A DNA stretch of 64,000 bases from assembly GCA_963755675.1 (NCBI GenBank), contig CAVWLK010000062.1, positions 256,445 through 320,444 of the forward strand. The letters are read 5' to 3'. Made by a program: the position numbers and the translations under genes. This document shows positions 9,050 through 19,001 of this stretch, in pieces. The notes under the pieces are model-generated. The model saw only the letters and a list, made by a program, of their open reading frames with translations. It was not told the origin of the DNA and made no database searches. How positions within the stretch are numbered: position 1 is the stretch's first letter; each line of letters starts with the position of its first letter. The stretch comes from an uncultured Actinomycetes bacterium (GTDB lineage: Bacteria; Actinomycetota; Thermoleophilia; Gaiellales; JAICJC01).

Positions 9050-11464
9050 CTACGCCGCGGCCAGCGGGATCGAGAACCGCACCGTGGTGCCCGATCCCGG
9101 CGTGCTCTCGATGTCGAACTCGCCACCGGCGAGGGTGATCCGCTCCGCGCTCGACTCGAGCCCGTAGTTCACCCGCAGCCCACCGTTGCCGAAGGCGCGC
9201 TCGCGATCGAACCCGACGCCGTCATCGCTGACCTCGATTTCGAGTGCGTGTGGCCGGCCGCGCAGCTTCACGGACAGATTGACGGCCTGGGAGTGCTTGC
9301 GCGCATTCGTCACCAGCTCCTGCACCGTGCGGTAGCCGAGAGACTCGATTTCGGGAGCAAGACGCGGGACGGCAGCATCGAGCTTGACCCGGAAGCCGGC
9401 CGAGCGTCCGACCTCCGCCAGCAGGTCGTTGAGGGCCGCCACCAGGCCGCGGGCCTCCAACACCGGCGGACGAATCTCGAACGTCAGGCGACTCGTGCGC
9501 TCAACCGCCCTGTGGAGCGTCTCGCGCATCTCGCGAACGGCGGCCATGGCTCGCGGCTGGTCTCCGCCGGCGACCGCCCGCGCCTCCCGGTCGAGCGTGA
9601 TCAGGGCGGCCGTCATCACCTGGATCGTTTCGTCGTGCAGCTCCTTGGCGATCCGCTGACGCTCCTCGTCGCCGGAGCGAATCAGCTGCGCCAGCGTGTC
9701 ACGGCGTCGCTGCTCGCTCTCCTCGAGCGCGCGGCGGGTGCGGTCGCGGTGGATGGCGGCGGCCAGAACGACGGCGACCGCCTGGAGGAAGCTGGTGTCC
9801 TCCTGGTCGATCGCGATCGTTGCCGCCGAATGCATGCCCAGCACGCCGTATACCGGGTTCGAACCGATCCGCACGCAGGCCGCCGAACGAAGGCCCTCCG
9901 AGGCGATCAGCTCGGGCCAGAGGCTCGGATTCTCTTCAAGGTCGGGGACCAGCACGAGCTCGTCGGCATCCAGCGCACGGCGCCCAAGCGGCTTGTCGGT
10001 CACGCGTGCGCTGCACGTGTCGACTGTGCCCTCGGGCCATCCTGCCGCCGCACGCACGGTCACCCGATCGGTTCCCTCGGCCAGCTCCAGCACCCACACG
10101 TGTGAAACGCCGAGCACACGGGACACACCGCGAACCGCCTCATCTGCGAGCGCACGCCAGTTCTCGTCCGCCAGAGCGCGGATGCCGAGGTCGGCCACCA
10201 TCCGCTGCTGCTCGCCGTGCCGCGCGACGCGCTCCTCGGCGAGCTTGCGCTCGGTGATGTCGATGATCACACCCTGGAGGGCGAACGGCTCACCCTCGGA
10301 GTTGTGGATCCGCTGGGCCTGATCGCGAACCCACCGGTAGGTGCCATCCGACCGGGGTACGCGGTACTCGAGCAGATACGGCGTGCCGTCGGCGGCGAGC
10401 GCCCGATAGGCGGTGTCGACCTGCTCGAAGTACTCGTCACCGATGATCGACCGCAACCCATCCGTAGCCGTGAGCCACGCCTCGGTGCTGCGGCCGAACA
10501 CCTCCTCGACCCGCGGGCTGACGTACATCTGCTTGAGCTCCAGGTCGTCGACGTAGATGACCGCCGGCACCTGCTCGACCAACGTGCGAAACCGCCGGTC
10601 GGCCCGGTCGAGCCATTCCGTGCGCTGCACCTCTTCGGTGATGTCGCTGATCATGCCCTGACGCCACAGCGGGCCACCATCGGGCCCGCGAACGTACATC
10701 ACCGAGTCCCGGACGTGGATGTACCGGCCATCGCGGTGTCGCACGCGGTAGGTAACCAGGTGAGGGGCGTGAGTCGCGGCCGAGTGACGCACACCGGCCA
10801 CCACCCTGTCGCGATCGTCCGGGTGGATCAGTGCCCAGTACCACTCCATCGAGCCATCCACCCACTCCTTCGGGGTGTAGCCCAGCATCGACTCGACGGC
10901 AGGCGAGACGTAGATCGCCTCGTCGGCGTCCGCGGCATCGCGGTACAGAACCGCCGGCATCTGCTCGGCGATCGACCGGAACCGCTGCTCGGCGGCCGCG
11001 GCCTGCTGACGCGCCTCGACGAGGTCGGTGATGTCGAACGAGAGGCCCTGGCGACGGACGAACGTCCCGTCGTCATCGCAAACCACGCGCTCGAGGTCGC
11101 GAACCCAGATCGTGCGGCCGTCGGCGCGCACCATCCGGTATTCAGCCAGATGCGGCTCACCCGTCGCGACCGCCCGCGCCCAATCGGTAAGCACCCGCTC
11201 TCGATCGTCAGGGTGGAGCCTCCGCTCCCACCTCAGATCGGGGTCCATGTCGCGCTCCTCATCGGTGAGCTTGAGCAGCCGGTCCACCTGGTCGGCGGCG
11301 ATGTAGGTCGTGTTGCCCTCGGCGTCCGCTGTGTAGGTCAGGGCAGGAAGTTGCTCGATGAGGCTGCGAAAGAGCTCCTCGCTGCGGCGCGCGGCGTCGA
11401 AGGACGGTGTCCCCGGGGTCGGAGCATCTTGAGCCATGCAGCCATCGTCGGCGATTCGGCGCAT
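9050..11464 (-). CDS. multi-PAS / GAF sensor histidine kinase (HisKA_3 + HATPase_c)
   Basis: 804 aa with repeated PAS blocks (YRMVRADGRTIWV, YRVRHRDGRYIHV, YRVPRSDGTYRWV), a GAF region, the H box ELHDETIQ, and a C-terminal GGEFDIESTPGSGTTV. Confidence 0.9.
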   Translation of the reverse strand: MRRIADDGCMAQDAPTPGTPSFDAARRSEELFRSLIEQLPALTYTADAEGNTTYIAADQVDRLLKLTDEERDMDPDLRWERRLHPDDRERVLTDWARAVATGEPHLAEYRMVRADGRTIWVRDLERVVCDDDGTFVRRQGLSFDITDLVEARQQAAAAEQRFRSIAEQMPAVLYRDAADADEAIYVSPAVESMLGYTPKEWVDGSMEWYWALIHPDDRDRVVAGVRHSAATHAPHLVTYRVRHRDGRYIHVRDSVMYVRGPDGGPLWRQGMISDITEEVQRTEWLDRADRRFRTLVEQVPAVIYVDDLELKQMYVSPRVEEVFGRSTEAWLTATDGLRSIIGDEYFEQVDTAYRALAADGTPYLLEYRVPRSDGTYRWVRDQAQRIHNSEGEPFALQGVIIDITERKLAEERVARHGEQQRMVADLGIRALADENWRALADEAVRGVSRVLGVSHVWVLELAEGTDRVTVRAAAGWPEGTVDTCSARVTDKPLGRRALDADELVLVPDLEENPSLWPELIASEGLRSAACVRIGSNPVYGVLGMHSAATIAIDQEDTSFLQAVAVVLAAAIHRDRTRRALEESEQRRRDTLAQLIRSGDEERQRIAKELHDETIQVMTAALITLDREARAVAGGDQPRAMAAVREMRETLHRAVERTSRLTFEIRPPVLEARGLVAALNDLLAEVGRSAGFRVKLDAAVPRLAPEIESLGYRTVQELVTNARKHSQAVNLSVKLRGRPHALEIEVSDDGVGFDRERAFGNGGLRVNYGLESSAERITLAGGEFDIESTPGSGTTVRFSIPLAAA

Positions 11465-11500
11465 GGAGCGCGTCCCCGATTTGCGGTAACGGAGCGACCG

Positions 11501-12505
11501 CTATGAGCGAACTGCGTGGCCTGCCAAAGCCAGAAGGTCGGCCTCTCGCTCCCGCGTCATGCGAAATCCCGCCCGGTTGGCAGCGCCGACGTTGCCGCGA
11601 TGCCACTCCAGCGTGGCGGCGATCGTCTCGTCGATCCCCCGTGGACGCAATCCGGCGCCGATCGCGGGCGACGGATCGACGTGGTCGATCCACTCCAGCT
11701 CGGGATCGCCGCCCAGCCACAGCGGCAGGTCACTCCACGGCTCAACGCCCTGCTCCAGCAGCAACTCGTTCGCGACCCACACCAGCTCGGCATCGGACCC
11801 GGCCACGGCCACGCAGCGCGCGAGCAGCTCTCCCAGCGCCAGCGGCCGCTCCGGCGCGACCGCGTTGAAGGTGCCGGTGGCCCGTCGTTCGGCCATGTCG
11901 AGGATGAACGCGGCCAGGTCGCGGACGTCGATCACCTGCGTCTGCGCAGTCGGGATGCCGGGCGCGAGCACCGTCCCGCCGTCAGCGATACGGGCCGGCC
12001 AGTACGTGAACCGGTCGGTCGGATCGTCGGGGCCTACGATCAGGCCGGGGCGGATCACCAGCGTCCTGCCTGGCAGCGCCTCACGCACCGCGCGCTCGCA
12101 GAGCGCCTTCAGGGAGCCGTACGTCTCTTCGGTGATCTCCTCGACCGTCTCGTCGGCGATCGTGCCGACCGGTGAGTCTGGGTCGGTGCCCGCGCCGCCG
12201 TTGCCGTCGTACACGGACACGCTGGAGACGAACGTGTAGTGCTCCGCCGCGTCCGCGAGCCTGTGCGCGGATGCCGAGACCACCCTTGGCAGGTAGCCGC
12301 TGGTGTCGATGACGGCGTCGAAACTCCGGCCGCCCAGCGCATCCAACCCGCCGTCACGATCGCCCCGCACGTGCTCTGCCTGAGGAAACAGCTCAGGATT
12401 GGTGACGCCACGGTTGAACAATGTCACGGCGTGGCCGCGCGCGAGCGCCTGGTCGGCGATGTGGCGGCCCAGAAACGCGGTGCCGCCGAGCACCAGAAAC
12501 CTCAC
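11501..12505 (-). CDS. NAD-dependent epimerase/dehydratase family (SDR) protein
   Basis: N-terminal Rossmann motif MRFLVLGGTAFLGRH. The start abuts the ileS stop. Confidence 0.85.
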   Translation of the reverse strand: MRFLVLGGTAFLGRHIADQALARGHAVTLFNRGVTNPELFPQAEHVRGDRDGGLDALGGRSFDAVIDTSGYLPRVVSASAHRLADAAEHYTFVSSVSVYDGNGGAGTDPDSPVGTIADETVEEITEETYGSLKALCERAVREALPGRTLVIRPGLIVGPDDPTDRFTYWPARIADGGTVLAPGIPTAQTQVIDVRDLAAFILDMAERRATGTFNAVAPERPLALGELLARCVAVAGSDAELVWVANELLLEQGVEPWSDLPLWLGGDPELEWIDHVDPSPAIGAGLRPRGIDETIAATLEWHRGNVGAANRAGFRMTREREADLLALAGHAVRS

Positions 12506-12507
12506 GG

Positions 12508-15500
12508 TCAGGGAGTCCTCTCGATCGCCAGCGCCTCGCCGGGCACCAGCTCCGCAGCCAGCGTCTCGTCGGCGATCCAGGCGCCGTGTTCGCCCCAGAC
12601 GCGGTCGTCGGGATGCACCAGCCGGATGCGGTCGGTCACCTCGAGCCCGGCGTCCTGCCGCATCACCTGCACTTGGCGGATCACGTCACGCGCCTCTCCC
12701 TCCAGCTCGAGCTCGGGCGTGATCTCGGTGTCCAGCGCGACCGCGAAGCCGTCGCCGTCGAGCACCGCGAAGCCGTCCCGGGCGCGCGTGCGCAGCTCGT
12801 ACTCACCCGGCTCGAGCGTCCAGTCTCCGACCATCACGCGGCCGTCGTCCAGCCGGAACTCGCCCTCCCGCAGCAGGCCCCGGATCACGTCCAGATCGCG
12901 GCCGTACTTTGGTCCCAGCAGCTTTAGTAGGGGCATCACCTCGACCTCGGCGAACTCCTCGGCCGACGTGGCCAGCCGCACGGCCTTGACCCCCAGCTCA
13001 CTGCCCACGAGGTCAACGTGGCGGGCGACGTGCTCCCGGCGCCGACTGTCGTCGGTGGCCACGATCACCTCCGAGAGCGGCTGGCGGAGCTTCACGTTCG
13101 CAGCGGAGCGGGCCTTGTGGCCGAGCCGTACGGTGATGCGCACGCTCGCCATCTCGTCCATCAACGTCGCGTCGATCAGCATCGGATGCTCGGCCGGATA
13201 GCTGGACAGGTGGACGCTGTCGGGCGCTTCCGGGCACGCCCGGCGGACGAGGTTCTGCCACAGCTCGTCGGCCAGGAACGGCATCACCGGCGCGACGCAG
13301 CGGGTGACCTGCACCAGCGCGTACCACAGCGCGTCGTAGGCGGCCCGCTTGTCCGCCGGGTCGACCGACTTCCAGAACCGCTGCCGGCTGGCCCGTACGT
13401 ACCAGTTCGAGAGATCCTCCACGTAGGCCTCGACGGCCCGCACCAGCCGCGGGGAGTCATAGACGTCCAGGGCGGCGCGGCACTCCTTCACCAGCTCCTG
13501 GGTGAGCGCGGCCAGCCAGCGATCGATCGGCCGCGACGCATCGCCGATCGGCCCGCTGGTCAGCGTCTCGTAGCGGGGAACGTACTCGTCGACGTTCGCG
13601 TACAGCACGAAGAAGCTGTAGGTGTTCCACAGCGTCAGCAGGCGCCGCTTGACCTCGTTCGCCGGGCCGTAGCCGAAGTTGAGGTTCTGGGCCGGGGTCT
13701 GGGCGGCATACATCCAGCGCATCACGTCAGCGCCCATGTTCTCGACGGCGTCATCGAACCAGATCGCGTTGCCCCATGACTTGTGCATCGGGCGGCCGGT
13801 CTCGTCGTTCACCTTCTCGTGAGTCAGCACCCGCCGGTACGGCGAGCGGCCGTCCAGCACCACGCTCATGAACAGCATCGAGTAGAACCAGAGCCGGATC
13901 TGCTCCCGCATCTCGGTCACCCAGTCGGCCGGGAACCAGCGCTCCCACTCCTCGTGCGACGGCAGGTCGGCGACGGTCACGTCGGCGCCCGCACCGGTGC
14001 CGTAGCCGTGCTCGATCCGCTCCGGGTTGCGCCAGCCCATGGTCGCGAACGGGACGATGCCGGCGTCGAGCCAGCAGTCGCCGACGTCGGGCAGGCGCTT
14101 GGCCGGCTTGTCGCACTCGCCGCACGTCACGACCACGTCGTCGATCCACGGCCGGTGCAGCTCCTCAAGCCCGTCCGCCCCGCCGTGGGCGCGTTCCAGC
14201 AGATCGGCGCGGGAGCTGATCACGGTCATGTGGCCGTCCTCGCAGAAGTAGAACGGCAACGGGAGGCCCCAATAGCGCTTGCGGCTGATGCACCAGTCGC
14301 CCATGTTGCGAAGCCAATCCTCCATCCGCTTGCCGTACTGCGGCGGAGTCCACTCCACGCCGCGGGCGGCATCGATCATCGGCTGGCGCACCTCATCGCA
14401 GCGGATGAACCACTCGTCCACCAGCCGGTAGATCAGCTCCGTGCCACAGCGCCAGCAGACGGGGTATCGGTGGGTGATCTCGCTCGCCTCGACCAGCCGC
14501 CCGCGCTGGCCGAGATCCTCGACGATCTGCTGGGCGGCGTCGGCGGTGTGGCTCGAGTGCAGCCAGCCGAAGTCGTCGTAGAACGCTCCCGCCTCGTCCA
14601 CGGGGACGATGGTGGCGAGCCCTTCGCGCTGTCCCAGCTCGAAGTCCTCCGCGCCGCAGCCGGGCGCGATGTGCACGATGCCGGTGCCCTCCTCCATCGA
14701 GACCTCGTCCCAGCCGACAACGCGGTGCTCGACCTCTGACTGCGCTGGCAGCTCGTCGAACGGCCCCTCGTAGCGCATACCGACCAGCTCCGATCCCTTG
14801 ACCGTGTCGAGGATGCGGCCCGCGATCGGCACGGACTCCCGCCGCGCCGCAGCCACGTAGGCGATGCCGGCCGGCGTCTCGACGCGCGCGTAGTCGGCGT
14901 CGGGCAGCACCGCGGCGGCCACGTTGGCGGGCAGCGTCCACGGCGTGGTCGTCCACACCACCAGGTACTCGCGGTCGCGGCCCACCAGGGGCAGCCTCAC
15001 ATGCAACGAGGGGTGGGTGATCTCGCGGTAGGAGTCGATCAGCTCATGCTGGGAGAGCGAGGTGCCGCAGCGCGGGCACCATGGCATCGACCGGTGACCC
15101 TTGTACAGCCATCCGCGGTCATGACACTCCTTCAGGAAGCCCCAGATGTAGCTGATGTTGGTGTCGGTCATCGTGAAGTAGCTGGCGTCCCAGTCCATCC
15201 ACTGGCCGAGCCGGATCGACTGCTGGGTCTGGACGCCGGCGTACTTCGCGACTCGGTCGCGGCAGGCGCGGGCGAAGCGGTCGAGTCCGTAGCTCTCGAT
15301 CTCGGGCTTTGAGTTCAGACCGAGCGCCTTCTCCACCTCGACCTCGACCCACAGCCCCTGGCAGTCAAAACCGTTCTGGTAGCGCTGATCGCATCCGAGC
15401 ATCGCGTGGTAGCGCTGCCACATGTCCTTCAGGCTGCGACCCCAGGCGTGGTGCACGCCCATGCCGTTGTTGGCGGTGATCGGGCCGTCGAGGAACGAGA

Positions 15501-15627
15501 AGGTGGGGCCGCCGCGGTTCTGCTCGCGCAGCCGGTCGAAGGTCTTCTCCGACTCCCATCGCGCGAGCGTCTCATGCTCGAGCGCGACATGGTCGGGCTG
15601 CTTCGGGACCGGTGCAAACGGCGGCAT
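12508..15627 (-). CDS. ileS: isoleucine--tRNA ligase (type 2)
   Basis: 1039 aa containing PITANNGMGVHHAWGR (HIGH region), KMHKSWGN (KMSKS variant) and the editing and zinc-binding regions. Confidence 0.97.
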   Translation of the reverse strand: MPPFAPVPKQPDHVALEHETLARWESEKTFDRLREQNRGGPTFSFLDGPITANNGMGVHHAWGRSLKDMWQRYHAMLGCDQRYQNGFDCQGLWVEVEVEKALGLNSKPEIESYGLDRFARACRDRVAKYAGVQTQQSIRLGQWMDWDASYFTMTDTNISYIWGFLKECHDRGWLYKGHRSMPWCPRCGTSLSQHELIDSYREITHPSLHVRLPLVGRDREYLVVWTTTPWTLPANVAAAVLPDADYARVETPAGIAYVAAARRESVPIAGRILDTVKGSELVGMRYEGPFDELPAQSEVEHRVVGWDEVSMEEGTGIVHIAPGCGAEDFELGQREGLATIVPVDEAGAFYDDFGWLHSSHTADAAQQIVEDLGQRGRLVEASEITHRYPVCWRCGTELIYRLVDEWFIRCDEVRQPMIDAARGVEWTPPQYGKRMEDWLRNMGDWCISRKRYWGLPLPFYFCEDGHMTVISSRADLLERAHGGADGLEELHRPWIDDVVVTCGECDKPAKRLPDVGDCWLDAGIVPFATMGWRNPERIEHGYGTGAGADVTVADLPSHEEWERWFPADWVTEMREQIRLWFYSMLFMSVVLDGRSPYRRVLTHEKVNDETGRPMHKSWGNAIWFDDAVENMGADVMRWMYAAQTPAQNLNFGYGPANEVKRRLLTLWNTYSFFVLYANVDEYVPRYETLTSGPIGDASRPIDRWLAALTQELVKECRAALDVYDSPRLVRAVEAYVEDLSNWYVRASRQRFWKSVDPADKRAAYDALWYALVQVTRCVAPVMPFLADELWQNLVRRACPEAPDSVHLSSYPAEHPMLIDATLMDEMASVRITVRLGHKARSAANVKLRQPLSEVIVATDDSRRREHVARHVDLVGSELGVKAVRLATSAEEFAEVEVMPLLKLLGPKYGRDLDVIRGLLREGEFRLDDGRVMVGDWTLEPGEYELRTRARDGFAVLDGDGFAVALDTEITPELELEGEARDVIRQVQVMRQDAGLEVTDRIRLVHPDDRVWGEHGAWIADETLAAELVPGEALAIERTP

Positions 15628-15723
15628 CGCCGGATTCTACGCGGCGGCGAGCCGTGCAAGACCGGTACCCGGCGCATCTGCGCCGGGCGGCCGGTGCCAA
15701 GGTGTCAGAGCGAAATCACCAGG

Positions 15724-15873
15724 CTAAAAGTCAATGCTGTCGTGCCGGTGGCAGTAGTCGTCGAACGCGGCGTACTTCGCGAGGTAGCTGCCGAGCTCGG
15801 CAAATCCGAACTCGAACCACTCCGAGAGCCACCGCTCATCGATCTCCACTTGCTTTTCGTGCAGCTCGTCCAT
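15724..15873 (-). CDS. small acidic protein (49 aa), absent from the ORF track
   Basis: Translates to MDELHEKQVEIDERWLSEWFEFGFAELGSYLAKYAAFDDYCHRHDSIDF. A strong GGAGGAG Shine-Dalgarno lies 6 nt upstream, and third codon positions are GC-rich. Confidence 0.45.
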   Translation of the reverse strand: MDELHEKQVEIDERWLSEWFEFGFAELGSYLAKYAAFDDYCHRHDSIDF

Positions 15874-15986
15874 CGTCGTCTCCTCCGGAGGGGTCTCTCC
15901 GGACGACTCGCGTTGCGCTCCGATGGAAGGTGTGGTCTCCCTGCGGAGCCTGATGGACTTGTCATCGGCCGCAGTGGTCGCCGACT

Positions 15987-16505
15987 TTACGACTTCCGTA
16001 CAAATGTCACTATCGCCTCGCGACCGTTTGCGAACGCGACCTCGTGCAAGGGGACCTCGGCGAGCGGGAACCAGCCGATCTCGCTGACATCATCCGCCGG
16101 CCGCTCGTCGCCCGAGAGCACGGATGCGGAGTAGTAAAGATTGAATGTGCCAACGCCGTCCTCGCCGTAGACGTCGGTGAAGACCCCGATCAGCGGGCCG
16201 ACCTCGACCTCCAGCCCGGTCTCCTCGAGCAGCTCCCGGCGGACCGCCTGCTCGGGATGCTCGAGCGGCTCGACGAAGCCTCCGGGGACGTCCCACATGC
16301 CCTCGTAAGGCGCGCGCGCCCGCCTGGTCAGCATCAGCCGGCCGTCGCGGACGACCAGCGCACTGGCCGTCGGCGCTGGGTTGTCGTAGAGCACGAGTCC
16401 GCAGGCCGGGCAGTGCAACACGTCGCGGGCCTCGTCCCCTCGGGCACCGGACACCAGGGCGCCGCGGCAGCGCGGGCAGTGATGCCAGCCGGCGAAGCGA
16501 CTCAT
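15987..16505 (-). CDS. NUDIX hydrolase with N-terminal zinc ribbon
   Basis: Contains CPRC...CPAC and the Nudix box GGFVEPLEHPEQAVRRELLEETGL. Its ATG overlaps the upstream stop (ATGA). Confidence 0.9.
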   Translation of the reverse strand: MSRFAGWHHCPRCRGALVSGARGDEARDVLHCPACGLVLYDNPAPTASALVVRDGRLMLTRRARAPYEGMWDVPGGFVEPLEHPEQAVRRELLEETGLEVEVGPLIGVFTDVYGEDGVGTFNLYYSASVLSGDERPADDVSEIGWFPLAEVPLHEVAFANGREAIVTFVRKS

Positions 16506-17494
16506 GCGGCGAGCACCGCCCGGGTGAGGTCGGCCCACCGACCCGGTCGCAGCATCCAGCCGGAGTAGGTGCCCCGGTTCGCCAGGCAGACCAGCCCCAG
16601 CCCTGCATCGAGGTCGGCCCACATCAGCGTGCCGGAGGCGCCGAAATGCGACAGCGTGCTCGGCGAGACGGCGTCGCCGCACCAATGGGGCGAGCCGTGG
16701 CCGCGAATGTTCACGCCCAGACCCCAGTCCGGGCAGTGCATCTTGGGGAACGACTCCAGGCCTCCCTCCAGCCCTGGCCACTGCACCGAACGCAGCTCCG
16801 CGTGGGACTCCGCGGAGATCGGGCCTGATGCGGACAACAGCCACCTGACCACCTCCGCGTAGGCGCCGACCGTCGCGAACGCCCCGCCGGCAGCGTTGCC
16901 GCGGCGACGCCACTCGGGGGCGTTGAAGAGCTCGACACCCGGCCGCGACAGGCCCGGCTCCCGCACGACGAGCGTCCGCCCGGCTTCGGCATCTGAAAGC
17001 GGCAGGTGGGCGTCGAGACCGCCAGCGTGGAACACCGCCTCGGTCACGTAGGTGCGGTGGTCGATGCCAGTGGCGGCGGCGATCAGCGCGCCCAGCACGT
17101 GGAAACCCTCGTTGGAGTACACGCGCCGCGACCCGGGAGCCCACGCCGGCTCGACGTCCAATGCCTCCACCCCCTTCTCCGACTCTGGCAACCCCGACGC
17201 GTGAGCCAGCAGGTGACGCGCGGTGATCCCCTCGGTCGCCGGGCGGCGGTAGGCGGGCAGATGGTCGGCCGCCGGGGCATCCAGATCGATCGCACCCTCC
17301 TCCGCCGCGACCAGCGCCGCCAGCGCCACGAACGGCTTGGTGAGCGACGCCAGGGCAAACAGCGAGCGCTCGTTGGCGTCTCCTGCGACGTGCATGTCCC
17401 GGACGCCGTCGCGGCCGACGATCGCAGCGGCAACGGCCGAGACGTCGCCATCGCGGACCCACGTTTCGATGGCGTCCAAGGGCATGCCGGGCAT
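16502..17494 (-). CDS. serine hydrolase (beta-lactamase family)
   Basis: Contains an SLTK (SxxK) motif and LLAHASGLP. The start is taken at MPGMPLD. Confidence 0.85.
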   Translation of the reverse strand: MPGMPLDAIETWVRDGDVSAVAAAIVGRDGVRDMHVAGDANERSLFALASLTKPFVALAALVAAEEGAIDLDAPAADHLPAYRRPATEGITARHLLAHASGLPESEKGVEALDVEPAWAPGSRRVYSNEGFHVLGALIAAATGIDHRTYVTEAVFHAGGLDAHLPLSDAEAGRTLVVREPGLSRPGVELFNAPEWRRRGNAAGGAFATVGAYAEVVRWLLSASGPISAESHAELRSVQWPGLEGGLESFPKMHCPDWGLGVNIRGHGSPHWCGDAVSPSTLSHFGASGTLMWADLDAGLGLVCLANRGTYSGWMLRPGRWADLTRAVLAA

Positions 17495-17518
17495 GTTAGA
17501 GGTATCGTTTTTCAGGCG

Positions 17519-18124
17519 ATGGCACGAGTCGAGACACCACCTGGCAGAACGCGAGCCCAGAACGAGCCCGAGGAAGAGCATCTCGACGAGTGGTTCGCGC
17601 GGCGCCTCGAGTCGCAAGGGATCCCATCCCGCTTCGGCACCCCGTCGCTCTCGCGGGTGACGGCGCTGGTCGCTCTGGTGCTCGCGATCGGCGGACTGTT
17701 GTGGGCGATGTCAAGCGTTGGCCCCAAGCCCAGCACAACCGACACGCAGACGACCAACCCCCCGACTCAGGGCGGTCACTCGACCACCACCGGCGGCCAC
17801 ACCACTCCCTTCCAGAGCGGAAAGGTGTCGTGGCGTACGGTGACGGTTGACGTCCTCAACGGCTTTGGCGGATCGGGAGCGGCCGGAACCGCGGCCGCCA
17901 CGCTGCGCGCGCAAGGCTGGAAGGTGGGCACCACCGGAAACGCCACGGGCATCACCAACACCGAGGTCGTCTACCTGCCCGGCCACAAAGCCGAGGCCGT
18001 TGCCGTGTCCCGCAAGCTCGGGCTCGGCGCGCCGGTCAAGATCGGCGATGCGGCAGGCGTGGTGCCGTCGTCGACGACCGGCGTGGCGATCGTGTTGGGC
18101 CCGGACGGGCTGCCCACTACCTAG
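17519..18124 (+). CDS. LytR C-terminal domain-containing membrane protein
   Basis: TM helix VTALVALVLAIGGLLWA, a Thr/Gly-rich linker, then VTVDVLNGFGGSGAAGTAAATLRAQGW. Confidence 0.75.
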   Translation: MARVETPPGRTRAQNEPEEEHLDEWFARRLESQGIPSRFGTPSLSRVTALVALVLAIGGLLWAMSSVGPKPSTTDTQTTNPPTQGGHSTTTGGHTTPFQSGKVSWRTVTVDVLNGFGGSGAAGTAAATLRAQGWKVGTTGNATGITNTEVVYLPGHKAEAVAVSRKLGLGAPVKIGDAAGVVPSSTTGVAIVLGPDGLPTT

Positions 18125-18225
18125 CGAGACGGCAGCGACCCGTCGTGCTGGCGATGTCGCGACGGCGAACTGCCGCGTGAGTCCATAAGCGGGCTAGCGG
18201 GTAAGGTCGCCCGCAGGGAGAGTCG

Positions 18226-18930
18226 ATGGCCAGCGGCGATATATGGGAACCCGTCAGCGGAATCTGGTGCTGGGAGCGGCGCCCGCGAGGATTGCATCCG
18301 GGCGAGTTCGGCGCCAGGACGAGCTACGCCGTCCTTGCCAAGGACAGCGTGCTGCTGGTCGATCCTCTAGTGGATGGTGACGACGATCCGGTCGTGGGCG
18401 TGCTCGACGACCTCGTGGGCGGCGACGCACGGATCCTCATCACGATGCCGTACCACACGCGCAGTGCTGAATGGCTATGGCGGCGCTACCGCAGTGCCAA
18501 CGTACGCATCTGCGGGCATCCAGCTGTCGCGACACGGCTCGACGACGCCTCGGGCTTCGAGGCCATCCTCGGCGGAAGCGCGGTCGACGGCATCGCCCGC
18601 TTCCACGCGATCGGACGGCCGCCCCGCTCGGAGCAGCCGATCGAGATCCCTTCCGTTCGCGCCCTCGTCTTCGGCGACGCAATCGTCGAGATCGGCGACG
18701 GGGAGCTGCGCATCTGGGAGACCCCACCCGACAGCGACCGCCGCCGACGATGGTGGAACGAGGACTACCTACCAACCCTCGAACGGCTGGCGACCCTCGA
18801 CATCGAGCACGTCCTCGTAACACACGGCCAACCTGCCATCGGCAACGGCAAGCAAGCGCTGCAGCGCGCACTCAACAGCCGCCCGTGGCAGCGCCCAAAG
18901 CGTGCCAGGCGAACGCGTCGCCGAGGCTAG
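18226..18930 (+). CDS. hypothetical protein (possibly a degenerate metallo-beta-lactamase fold)
   Basis: 234-aa ORF with coding-like composition. The canonical HxHxDH motif is absent. Confidence 0.55.
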   Translation: MASGDIWEPVSGIWCWERRPRGLHPGEFGARTSYAVLAKDSVLLVDPLVDGDDDPVVGVLDDLVGGDARILITMPYHTRSAEWLWRRYRSANVRICGHPAVATRLDDASGFEAILGGSAVDGIARFHAIGRPPRSEQPIEIPSVRALVFGDAIVEIGDGELRIWETPPDSDRRRRWWNEDYLPTLERLATLDIEHVLVTHGQPAIGNGKQALQRALNSRPWQRPKRARRTRRRG

Positions 18931-19001
18931 CCCTCCAAAACGTAGGACTCCACGGGGACGGACGGCTTGGTTATGAGGCCTATGATTTTCGCGACGGCGA
19001 A

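Noticed and set aside
15628-15986. An actinobacterial ileS T-box leader.
   Set aside because: Only a weak GGGUACCGG resemblance to the T-box sequence is present. There is no clear UGGN bulge, no specifier loop with AUC followed by a purine, and no SD-sequestering helix. Much of the spacer is better explained by a 49-codon ORF with a strong Shine-Dalgarno.
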